From: a virus
Lineage: Duplodnaviria > Caudoviricetes
Length of the DNA: 64,000 nucleotides
Reading direction: 5' to 3' (one strand)
IMG/VR virus record: IMGVR_UViG_3300037400_003286
Shown one piece after another: positions 54,908 through 63,626 of this stretch. The position numbers and the translations under genes were made by a program. The first letter of the stretch is position 1. Each line of letters opens with the position of its first letter. Under the pieces are notes generated by a model. That model was not told the origin of the DNA and made no database searches. It worked only from the letters and a program-made list of their open reading frames with translations.

Positions 54908-57808
54908 ATGGCAAGAGATACTAGCAAGTTAGTTACAATACCTGGTGAACTACATTCAGCAGCAACTGGTAATATTGTGGCAGCAGCTGAAGAAGTTTTT
55001 GATTATACTAAAAACATGTATCAAAAAGATATAAACCAAAAGGTTGCTTATATTAAAGAGGATAGTTCCGTTGCCCCTATTCCTTCATTTAATCCACAAA
55101 GCCAAACTGTTCATCTTGATGAACAAGTTTTAAGTAATGCGCAAAAAAAGCAGGTTAGAAAAAACATAGGATTGGGTAATGGTGATATTGATAGCACACC
55201 TACATCTGGAAGCGACAATGTTGTAAGAAGTGGTGGAGTTTATTCTTCAATGCAAGAATTACGTTCCACAGTAAATCCACAGGTTGGATATTATACATGT
55301 TCCACAGCAGGTAACACAGCAGCAAAAGTAATTGATGCTTCTGGATATACACTTTTGAAAGGTGGTGGTTTACGTGTAAGATTTACAGAAAAGAATACAG
55401 CCGCAAACGCTACATTGAACATTGAGCAGACTGGTGCAAAGTCTTTATATTATAACGGTGTTCGTGTTTCAACAAACAACTCCTGGTATGCAGGGGAACT
55501 TATGACTTTGTTCTATGATGGTGCTGCATTCCAACTAAATAGTTTACCAGATTTAGACGAATATGATGTGTCAGCAAGAAACGGCGGTCAGGCATTCACT
55601 TTTGCTGAAGCAGTGGCACTTGTTCCAGAAGCTTACAGACATGGTGGATTAAAACTGAGGTTTATTTCCAACAGTGGAAGTGGACAGAGTTCTGACAATA
55701 AGTATGTACAATATTTCTGTAATTCTCAAACCTTTACTACTGATATAACTGCTTGGGAGAGGATTAATTTGGAAAATGATGTAATGAATTTGCGAAGTGA
55801 TGTAGGAGAAAGAGAAAGCGAAGTGGTAACGCATACAATTTGTACATCATCTAATTTTACCAATAGTGGGAAAGGCGTAATAGCAGATGAAAGTTCTGAA
55901 AATTTTGGAAACACCACATCTTCTTCTGATTTCTCTTGTTCTGTTTACATGGATATTGAAGACTATGCTGGTCACAATCTAAAATATACAAGATGGATTA
56001 TACCAACTACGTCAGGCTCTAAAGAAAAATCATTCGGAGTTGTTTTCTTTACGCAACAAGCGAAGGAAAATGCCATAAGTGGTCAACAATTCAAGGAAGA
56101 AGGTACTACTGGTTCCTATGAGATTACTTCAATTATAATCCCATCAAACGCAAAATATGTAAGATTTACATTCCCAACTGCGAATCTTGCTAACTGGTCT
56201 GCTTATGTCGAGGAAATAGTGTATGGAGATTACACAAGCGGACTTGGGAAAAAAGTACAGGATTTGGAATCGGAAGTTGATGCACTTGTGGAAACAACTA
56301 AAGAGGGGTATGATGAGCAAGTATTCAAGTATTCAACCGTTGCAGATAATGGCTACGGAATGCTGCCATCTTCTATAATTCTTTCTCAAGAAGGTGATTA
56401 TATAGAGTTTGATGCTATAATCAAGAACTTAAACACTCAGTTCAGCCGTCTTAGTACTGGTACAGGGACAAAGCCAGGCGTCTATGTCTATAATGGAATA
56501 CAAATAGCTTTCAGAGCACCAAGCACTTCCGCTACGGTTACCTATACGAGTTCTACCGAATTTAGAGTTGATAAAAGACATACTTATAAATTATTGCTTG
56601 ATTCAATCTCAAATGGAACAAGAACATATAAGGTGTATTTAGATGGTGTAGAGATTCCTCTTTCTTTGTCAAATACTGTTGATTGGGTATTTGATTGTAT
56701 CGGTTACTATGGAGGTTCAACCAATGGCGCAGTATGGTATTACCTGAAATACAAGTCGGCTGGAGTTGAGAATACCCTTACAAGATTCCAGACAACCCTT
56801 ACCAATGTACAGAACATTGTAGATACCACGGTCACAAAGCATATCTATGGTATAAATGAACTCACTGATAAGATAGATGAATATTCTGTACCAAGTGGAA
56901 TCCTCCGTTATGACAGTGAGGAAGAAAAGTTTGAATTCTTGTCAAGATATGGTAAAACTGATAAGTATTTCTCTTTCATTGTTAAACACGCCATAAATGG
57001 TACTGTTCTTCAGAATCTGTGGCGGGTAATGGGTGGCAACCTTTATACTTACGATGATGGGTTTAACCTTGTACATTCTACAATCTATGGAAATTCAGAG
57101 AACGAATGGGCTGCACTTTTCAGTGAGTTCAAAGCAGCTAATAACTATACAGGAGGCTATCATGGTGGCGAGATGATTACAGATTCTGGGTGTTTTGTTA
57201 AGTTCTTCGCAGATGGTATAGAGATTACGGATTTGTCATCTGATTTTGAGTTCCCATGTGAAAAGTTTGAATACATCCAGTATTCTGCATTGCATGAGGT
57301 ATATGGTCCTGATGGAGAAACTCCTGTAGTTGGTCAGCCTATCTTCGCCTATCATACAAAGCGCACTTCGTTCCAAGATGCTCAGATGGATTGTCGAAAT
57401 GATGTAGCATTTATCCTTGATGTAACCCGTAGAAGTTATCATGCAGGACTTTTCTCGCCTGAAAGAAATATTGGCACTTCAGCAATCATTCCTTTCGGTG
57501 TTATAGCAACTTTGTCAGGCTCTGGCAATTTCACTATGGCAACATACGGTGAATATGTAAGTGAAATCAAGTTCTGGAATCAGACAAATAGATGTGGTGT
57601 TAACATTGACAGTGAATTTATTGCTGGAATCAATGAAGATGAAATGTCTGTTCTTGGTACAAGTTCAGGACAGGCAGAGTTTGGTGTTTTAGATAATGGC
57701 TCTGGAAGGACTGATGCAAAATATTACAAGAGAACCAACAAGTCTGTTGCAATCACAAACGGTGATGTAATATCTACTCGTCACTCGGCTAAATTCATGG
57801 CAATTTAA
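54908..57808 (+). CDS. MARDT-family fibre/receptor-binding protein, copy 3 (constant 250 aa plus variable C-terminus)
   Basis: Phage tail-fibre-like segment YYTCSTAGNTAAK...ATLNIEQTGAK; internal crossover site in GGLKLRFISNS; beta-rich C-terminus. Confidence 0.75.
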   Translation: MARDTSKLVTIPGELHSAATGNIVAAAEEVFDYTKNMYQKDINQKVAYIKEDSSVAPIPSFNPQSQTVHLDEQVLSNAQKKQVRKNIGLGNGDIDSTPTSGSDNVVRSGGVYSSMQELRSTVNPQVGYYTCSTAGNTAAKVIDASGYTLLKGGGLRVRFTEKNTAANATLNIEQTGAKSLYYNGVRVSTNNSWYAGELMTLFYDGAAFQLNSLPDLDEYDVSARNGGQAFTFAEAVALVPEAYRHGGLKLRFISNSGSGQSSDNKYVQYFCNSQTFTTDITAWERINLENDVMNLRSDVGERESEVVTHTICTSSNFTNSGKGVIADESSENFGNTTSSSDFSCSVYMDIEDYAGHNLKYTRWIIPTTSGSKEKSFGVVFFTQQAKENAISGQQFKEEGTTGSYEITSIIIPSNAKYVRFTFPTANLANWSAYVEEIVYGDYTSGLGKKVQDLESEVDALVETTKEGYDEQVFKYSTVADNGYGMLPSSIILSQEGDYIEFDAIIKNLNTQFSRLSTGTGTKPGVYVYNGIQIAFRAPSTSATVTYTSSTEFRVDKRHTYKLLLDSISNGTRTYKVYLDGVEIPLSLSNTVDWVFDCIGYYGGSTNGAVWYYLKYKSAGVENTLTRFQTTLTNVQNIVDTTVTKHIYGINELTDKIDEYSVPSGILRYDSEEEKFEFLSRYGKTDKYFSFIVKHAINGTVLQNLWRVMGGNLYTYDDGFNLVHSTIYGNSENEWAALFSEFKAANNYTGGYHGGEMITDSGCFVKFFADGIEITDLSSDFEFPCEKFEYIQYSALHEVYGPDGETPVVGQPIFAYHTKRTSFQDAQMDCRNDVAFILDVTRRSYHAGLFSPERNIGTSAIIPFGVIATLSGSGNFTMATYGEYVSEIKFWNQTNRCGVNIDSEFIAGINEDEMSVLGTSSGQAEFGVLDNGSGRTDAKYYKRTNKSVAITNGDVISTRHSAKFMAI
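55646..55694 (+). other. Recombination site C inside the fibre gene
   Basis: GGATTAAAAC-TGAG-GTTTATTTCC imperfect palindrome plus a 38-bp match to repeats A and D. Confidence 0.8.
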
Positions 57809-57838
57809 CATACTTTTTGTAATAAGTATTTACATAAT

Positions 57839-57873
57839 AAAAGATCGATCTAATTATAAGATCGATCTTTTTT
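57839..57873. terminator. Bidirectional terminator
   Basis: aaaagatcgatct-aattata-agatcgatcttttt. Confidence 0.85.
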
Positions 57874-57907
57874 GTTTTATAATCTAATAGTTATGTACAG
57901 AATTATT

Positions 57908-57972
57908 TCCAGAACTCTGTCAACTTCCACTGTTGGAAATAAACCTCCATATAATTACATGACGGAATTAAT
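57908..57972 (-). repeat. Recombination repeat D (core 57935-57958)
   Basis: Inverted copy of repeat A; reads RFISNSGS-stop in the fibre frame. Confidence 0.85.
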
Positions 57973-58085
57973 GGTAATATACAACTTTATTTTGATATTG
58001 AAAAATGAAACAAGATTTTTCCTCATTCTCTTTCACGTATTAAATAAAAGATGTATATTTGCAACGGAATATAAATGAAACTTAT

Positions 58086-58439
58086 ATGATAGACTTAAAT
58101 AAACATCCAGATTTAATCACTAATCCGAATACTCTTGAAAACGTTTATGTGTATGACAGAGTGAATGGTAAGATTGATGAATGTAAGGTAAAGTATATTG
58201 ATCAGTGCTTGTTTGCAATATTAGAGTATAATGGTAAGGATCGTTGTTATGATTTGAGAAATGCTGTAATCTTTCCACTTGATACTTCATTATCTCCAGT
58301 TAATTTTGATTATCTTGTAAGCTTTGACAGGAAATCATTATTATGGTTGAGAGATAGTGACAGACATTGTTTGAATTCACTAAGATCAAAGGTTCTAACG
58401 ACAGTCGATAAGATAATAACTCCTAAAGACGTTGAATAA
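58086..58439 (+). CDS. Hypothetical early protein
   Basis: ORF downstream of the promoter at 58050-58063; start moved from TTG 58059 to ATG 58086. Confidence 0.6.
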   Translation: MIDLNKHPDLITNPNTLENVYVYDRVNGKIDECKVKYIDQCLFAILEYNGKDRCYDLRNAVIFPLDTSLSPVNFDYLVSFDRKSLLWLRDSDRHCLNSLRSKVLTTVDKIITPKDVE

Positions 58440-58522
58440 TGGAAAAGGAAAACTGTTATTTTTCTATAATATTATTTTTTGAAAAACATAATTTATTTTT
58501 GATGATAAATATATAAACAAAT

Positions 58523-59926
58523 ATGAATTCACAATCATTGATTACATATAAGTTAAAATATAATGCAAGTGATGAAGCTAACGCTTTTATTCTGAAATGT
58601 ATGAAACAATACAGTTCATTACTTCATTATGGTTATAACCGTGTGGCTGATGGTTGGTCCGCAAAGCATATAAAAGATGCAATGAAAACTCAACTTAATA
58701 ATGTTGAGTTGATGGATAGTCATATTGTTTCTTGTGCTCAACAGCAGGCAACTGGAATACATGAGCAAAAAACTAAAACAAATCCTGGATATAAAATTAT
58801 ATTCGGTGGAAAGAAAAATTATATTCGTAGATGTAAAGGATTGATTAGCAAAGAAGAATATCAATATAATAGAATATCACCTTTATTATCTATGGGTGAA
58901 GCTAATCAGAAAGGTAACAGGAAATTCAAGATCAATCAGGATTTACATTCTATAACGTTCCAGATTAACAGAAATAATCATTATAATCTTGAACTTAAAG
59001 GTATATATGGTAAACGTGAAAAGACGTTATCAAAACTATATGAGTTACAGGAAAAGAAAGATATTCCTATAACATATAGTATTGACAGAGATTATATATA
59101 TGTTTCTTTCGATGAATCAAAAATTAAACAGTATAAACGTAAAAGGTTTGTTAAAAATCGTGTAATGGCTATAGATATGAATCCTAATTATATTGGTTGG
59201 TCTATAGTTGACTGGAATGGTGAAGGAGAAAATGATTTTAGAATAGTTAAAACAGGTGTATTCTCTATTGAAAAAATAAACAAACTTGATGAGCAGTTAA
59301 GAAAATATTCAGGAACAGATTCAACAGATTCAATAAAAATTTACTTGACAAATAAACGTACACATGAAACATATCAGATTTCAAAGAAACTGATTGATAC
59401 TTGTCTTTATTATCAGTGTGAATCTTTTTGTATAGAAGATTTGAATATTAAACATAAAGACGCTGAACGAGGAAAGAAATACAATAGACTTGTTAATAAC
59501 TGCTGGTGCAGGAATAAACTTGAACTTAATTTGCAGAAACGATGCAATATGTTTGATATAAAGTTCATTAAAGTACAACCAGATTTTAGTTCTTTTGTTG
59601 GAAATTTCATTTTTCGTTCTCTTAATTTGCCAGACATGGTTCTTGCATCAATAGAGATAGGAAGACGTGGATATGAATTCAATTTACAGTATATAGAAAA
59701 AATAAAAGAAATAAAACGTAATATTATATTTCCAGATTTAGGTGTATACAAAAACTTCTATGCCAAGTCGTTGGAAGAATTTGGTATAGAAGATGACACT
59801 GGTCTGAAGGATATATATTATGTTCTAAAAAAGTCTAAAACCAGATATAGACTTTCTCTGGAGCAAACTGAAACAGAGTTTTCAAGGTGTTTTTCAAAGA
59901 GATCTCTAATAACTAAAAAATATTAA
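58523..59926 (+). CDS. tnpB: TnpB/Cas12f-like RNA-guided RuvC nuclease (IS200/IS605/IS607 type), no transposase nearby
   Basis: RuvC-I MAIDMNPNYIG, RuvC-II CIEDLNI, RuvC-III PDMVLASIEIGRRG; IFGGKK and GEANQKGNRKF motifs; no CxxC Zn ribbon. Confidence 0.8.
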   Translation: MNSQSLITYKLKYNASDEANAFILKCMKQYSSLLHYGYNRVADGWSAKHIKDAMKTQLNNVELMDSHIVSCAQQQATGIHEQKTKTNPGYKIIFGGKKNYIRRCKGLISKEEYQYNRISPLLSMGEANQKGNRKFKINQDLHSITFQINRNNHYNLELKGIYGKREKTLSKLYELQEKKDIPITYSIDRDYIYVSFDESKIKQYKRKRFVKNRVMAIDMNPNYIGWSIVDWNGEGENDFRIVKTGVFSIEKINKLDEQLRKYSGTDSTDSIKIYLTNKRTHETYQISKKLIDTCLYYQCESFCIEDLNIKHKDAERGKKYNRLVNNCWCRNKLELNLQKRCNMFDIKFIKVQPDFSSFVGNFIFRSLNLPDMVLASIEIGRRGYEFNLQYIEKIKEIKRNIIFPDLGVYKNFYAKSLEEFGIEDDTGLKDIYYVLKKSKTRYRLSLEQTETEFSRCFSKRSLITKKY

Positions 59927-59947
59927 ATAACTTTAATACATTTTGTT

Positions 59948-60130
59948 ATGATTAATAAAAAACACAATCTGAAAGATAACACAATCCAAATATTTACTGG
60001 TATGTGTAACGAAACATATGATGGCGAAATCGTTCAGCATCTTGATTGCATTGATGACAACCTGTATTATGATATTGATGATATTGTAATGTAGATTGAT
60101 GTTCCAGATGTAAATAAAGTTAAAATATGA
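59948..60130 (+). pseudogene. Small gene remnant after tnpB, with an in-frame TAG at 60092
   Basis: MINKKH...DIVM*IDVPDVNKVKI, ending in an ATGA overlap with the next gene. Confidence 0.45.
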
Positions 60131-60453
60131 CACAAGATGAAGCATTAAAATGGTTTAAAGAAAAAGCCATCGATATAATAGAATCTTATCATGGAATGTT
60201 CAGTACATTTTATTATGTATATGAAGATAATGATGGATATGGAAATTATGATCCTTACACTTTCATAATAGAATATCAGCCATATAGCTGTCATGTTGAT
60301 ACTGAAGATGGATGTAACGATTGTCCATATAAAACAATACATGGAAACTGTGGAGAAAAATCATTGTATATATGTGAAGATGGAACAATATATTATGATG
60401 AGAAATACTATAATGATACTGAGTTTGAGGATCTTTTGAATCAATTTTTTTAA
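60127..60453 (+). CDS. Hypothetical protein
   Basis: 108-aa ORF, Cys-containing. Confidence 0.6.
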   Translation: MTQDEALKWFKEKAIDIIESYHGMFSTFYYVYEDNDGYGNYDPYTFIIEYQPYSCHVDTEDGCNDCPYKTIHGNCGEKSLYICEDGTIYYDEKYYNDTEFEDLLNQFF

Positions 60454-60458
60454 TTATA

Positions 60459-60731
60459 ATGGCAAAGAAAGCAAAGACCATGATACCAGAGAATCTGGTA
60501 AAGATGCTGATAAATACATACACAGAGTGCATTGTAACAGACTCTGAAGGTGAACTTGACTTCGAGGAAACGATCTATAACTTCTCGAAAAAGATAGTTA
60601 ATGACATGGGGAAATCTCAACAGAAATCTGTTTTCGGTATTGTGTTTGATCGATATGATGATTGCTATGACTACCTTGAGAATCACGTACCATCACTTAG
60701 ACACGAGCTTGAGATGTTCCTTTTCGAATAA
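60459..60731 (+). CDS. Hypothetical protein
   Basis: 90-aa ORF in the operon. Confidence 0.6.
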   Translation: MAKKAKTMIPENLVKMLINTYTECIVTDSEGELDFEETIYNFSKKIVNDMGKSQQKSVFGIVFDRYDDCYDYLENHVPSLRHELEMFLFE

Positions 60732-60743
60732 ACAATTACGATA

Positions 60744-61895
60744 ATGAAGATAAAGACAGAAGATATATTCAATTCAAACGGTAATATAAAGAAGGATCTT
60801 ATGTTTACCAACATGTTCGGACTTGTTCCAAGCACATACGCATGTGCGCTTGATAACGATGACAAGAAGTTCGACATGTATAAGATAGACAAGAAGTTTA
60901 TTCTTTCTCTTTATCCTAATGCTAAGGTTTTCCAGATTTCTGGAAGACACATTGATGATGAAGTCTCATGTGTTACTGAGGAAAGGCAGAAGGATCAGGA
61001 ACCAGTATATATAAGGGATGGCGTATATGCACTTTCCCAGTTCAGGAATTCTGAGACAACAATTATACTTGATTATATACCAGCAATCATAACATTTGAT
61101 AAGACAACAGTTGAATGTATCTATGATCTTGATTCTGATGTCGATATAGAGAAGTTCATTGATGATTTCATATCAAAGCTTCCTATGGTTGATGATAAGG
61201 AGGATGATGAATATCCTAATGTAAGCCTTGTTTCGTTCAGTAACGATGCTGGATATTATACGGTTGATGCTGAGATCAATTCTGTTACCATTGATATAGA
61301 TAAGAATTACAACGATGACTTCAAGCCAATATATGAAGACATTGTTGATTTCTTGGGTTCAGAAGAAAGGAAATCTGGATTGATCATATTGAATGGTGAA
61401 CCAGGAACAGGAAAGTCATATCTAATCAGACACATTATTAAGAATATAGAGAACAACTATGTTCTTATTCCACCTTCTATGGCAGAGAATCTGGCTTCTC
61501 CAGAGTTCACATCTTTCCTTATGGGCAATACTGATTCCGTATTCATACTTGAGGATTGTGAGACGGTTATCAAAGACAGAAACATCATGGATGTTACGTC
61601 TGCTGTTTCGTCTATACTTAATATGAGTGACGGTATTATGTCTGATATTTTCAACGGTAAGTTCATATGTACGTTCAATGCAGATATGTCAACGATAGAT
61701 GATGCTATTCTTAGAAAAGGTAGATGCTATGCTAAATATACATTCGGTAAGCTTGACAAGGAAAAGGCAAAGGTTCTGCTTAACGAGAAAGGAATAGAAC
61801 TTGACGAATACGAGGATATGACTCTTGCTGACATATATCATTACAATGACAAGAATGTCGAGAGTATAAGCAAGAAGAAAAGAATAGGATTTTAA
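60744..61895 (+). CDS. AAA+ ATPase
   Basis: GEPGTGKS, FILEDCE, ILNMSDG, ICTFN, AILRKGR, C-terminal IGF. Confidence 0.88.
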   Translation: MKIKTEDIFNSNGNIKKDLMFTNMFGLVPSTYACALDNDDKKFDMYKIDKKFILSLYPNAKVFQISGRHIDDEVSCVTEERQKDQEPVYIRDGVYALSQFRNSETTIILDYIPAIITFDKTTVECIYDLDSDVDIEKFIDDFISKLPMVDDKEDDEYPNVSLVSFSNDAGYYTVDAEINSVTIDIDKNYNDDFKPIYEDIVDFLGSEERKSGLIILNGEPGTGKSYLIRHIIKNIENNYVLIPPSMAENLASPEFTSFLMGNTDSVFILEDCETVIKDRNIMDVTSAVSSILNMSDGIMSDIFNGKFICTFNADMSTIDDAILRKGRCYAKYTFGKLDKEKAKVLLNEKGIELDEYEDMTLADIYHYNDKNVESISKKKRIGF

Positions 61896-61917
61896 ATACT
61901 ATATATTTAGACAAGGT

Positions 61918-61950
61918 GAGAGGGAACTTGAACAAGGTTCCCTCTCTTTA
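61918..61950 (+). terminator. Intrinsic terminator
   Basis: gagagggaactt-gaac-aaggttccctctc followed by T residues. Confidence 0.8.
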
Positions 61951-62129
61951 ATTGATTGTGATCGGTCCTAATTAAAAGTTGGTAGCGAAATCCACTTGTC
62001 TTGTTTCCAACGCACAAACCAATGTATTTCTAAACTTTCTATGATATTTATTTTCGATTTCAAAATAAAAGTTGTATATTTGCACTGCAATTATTGTAGA
62101 TAAATAGTATAGAAAAGAACGTAAGAATT

Positions 62130-62390
62130 CAGTAGGAGAACAGGCCCCTGAGTAGCGACTGGTGAGTAACATGCAAAAGATGCTAGCTCTAAGTTGCACC
62201 GAAGACCATACGCAAAGACGGTGGACAGACCAGTGAAACGGGTGTGTATAGAAGTACGAAATGGTGGTACGATCGGCGACGAGCACTACGGGGATGAGCA
62301 ACAACGGCGTAAGACGATTGATTTGACCATAGTCAATCTTTTCCTCTAAGGATGCAGAAGCCTCATCTCGCAGATTTTCTCCTCTTTTAA
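62130..62390 (+). ncRNA. Candidate structured non-coding RNA (~260 nt), family not recognised
   Basis: GC-rich intergenic island behind both promoter types; closing helix AGGAGAA/TTCTCCT and several internal helices. Confidence 0.6.
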
Positions 62391-62408
62391 ATATAATGTA
62401 ATGACATA

Positions 62409-63071
62409 ATGCCGTACATAACGAAGACAATTAAGGAAGCAAGGAAGGAATTCAAGAAGTCAAACAAAGTCTATAAGCTTTGTTATGTAGACTCTATTCC
62501 ACGAACAACTTTCGGATACAGGCCAGAAATCAAGGAGAAATACAAGTTCCTTGAAGGATTGTCTTATGAGGAATATAAGAACGTGTCATGGAAATATCCT
62601 GAATATCGTATGGAGGATCTTCCAAACCCAGACTACATTCCTGGAGAACATGAGCTTTATGCTTACTTTACTCCTATTGAATTATCTAAACAGTGGGGTG
62701 ATGACTGGAATGATGCGCCATATGAATACAACGCGGAGATTCCTTATGATGATGTTATTCTTGAAACAGAGGAAAAGGATGGCTTGAAGTGGGCTACAAA
62801 GATCGATCATTATGACATAATTCAGATTCCTTTTGCTGTCAAATCGTTCTATTATAAATTACCGAAGGATTATAGCTATGGTGGAAATTCTCCATTCTCT
62901 GTTGATATGATCAACTCTGGTGCTGTTGCATGGATATATGATCCAGCGGATGGTAAGATGGAGAATATGACATCAATACAGGCAGGATGCACGATATATG
63001 AGTTCCTACAGAAACTCAAGAGAATAGAGAAGTGTAATCCTGAATATCAAAAATACGAAGATGAAGACTAA
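62409..63071 (+). CDS. Hypothetical protein
   Basis: 220 aa; QWGDDWNDAPYEYNA motif. Confidence 0.65.
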   Translation: MPYITKTIKEARKEFKKSNKVYKLCYVDSIPRTTFGYRPEIKEKYKFLEGLSYEEYKNVSWKYPEYRMEDLPNPDYIPGEHELYAYFTPIELSKQWGDDWNDAPYEYNAEIPYDDVILETEEKDGLKWATKIDHYDIIQIPFAVKSFYYKLPKDYSYGGNSPFSVDMINSGAVAWIYDPADGKMENMTSIQAGCTIYEFLQKLKRIEKCNPEYQKYEDED

Positions 63072-63430
63072 TGAGTACACAGACAGATAAACAGAAGAAA
63101 GAAATCCTTAACCGTATTGCGGAATACATTAAGGAGAACGGAACGAAGTTGACAGATGATTTCTATTATTGGAACACCTATCCTGTCGTAATAAAGGATA
63201 TTTGCGTTTCCTATGTTGTAGTAAATGGTGGAAAGATTGAGTTCGGTGACTTCCCTTCAGTTCATAAGGATGGTGAATATGTCGGTGACGATATAAAACT
63301 GAGTACATGGAAATGTAGGAAATCTGAGGATGATCTTTCGTCACTGAAGGGTGACAGGGAATATCTTGAGAATACATTCAAGTCAATGAAGATTACTGAT
63401 TCTAAAAAGTTAAAGAAGCAATGGGAATAA
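63071..63430 (+). CDS. Hypothetical protein
   Basis: 119 aa, translationally coupled. Confidence 0.6.
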   Translation: MSTQTDKQKKEILNRIAEYIKENGTKLTDDFYYWNTYPVVIKDICVSYVVVNGGKIEFGDFPSVHKDGEYVGDDIKLSTWKCRKSEDDLSSLKGDREYLENTFKSMKITDSKKLKKQWE

Positions 63431-63621
63431 AAGTTGGACAGGTATGGAAACATACTAAATCTGGAAACAACTATGTTGTTAAATGTACTAACATGAGGTT
63501 TAAGGATACAACAGACAAATGGGTTGACGGTATCATGTATGCTCCAATGTATGAATCTAATTGGGAATGCTTTGTAAGAAGCGTTGATGATTTTCTTGCA
63601 AGTTTTACATTAGTTAAGTAA
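63421..63621 (+). CDS. DUF1653-like small protein
   Basis: GQVWKHTKSGNNYVV...IMY...FVRSVDDFLASF. Confidence 0.7.
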   Translation: MGIKVGQVWKHTKSGNNYVVKCTNMRFKDTTDKWVDGIMYAPMYESNWECFVRSVDDFLASFTLVK

Positions 63622-63626
63622 AAATA

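Noticed and set aside
49200-57972. Diversity-generating retroelement (TR/VR pairs)
   Set aside because: No reverse transcriptase in the window, and differences between repeats are not confined to adenines.
62130-62390. RNase P, tmRNA, T-box, cobalamin riboswitch or group I/II intron identity for the RNA
   Set aside because: Only short fragments resemble them (GTGAAACGG, GGTGGTAC, CAGAA); the defining motifs such as GAGGAAAGTCC, a tRNA-like CCA end or domain V are missing.
61972-62430. 152-aa minus-strand ORF
   Set aside because: Runs antisense through two plus-strand promoters and the structured island; atypical composition.
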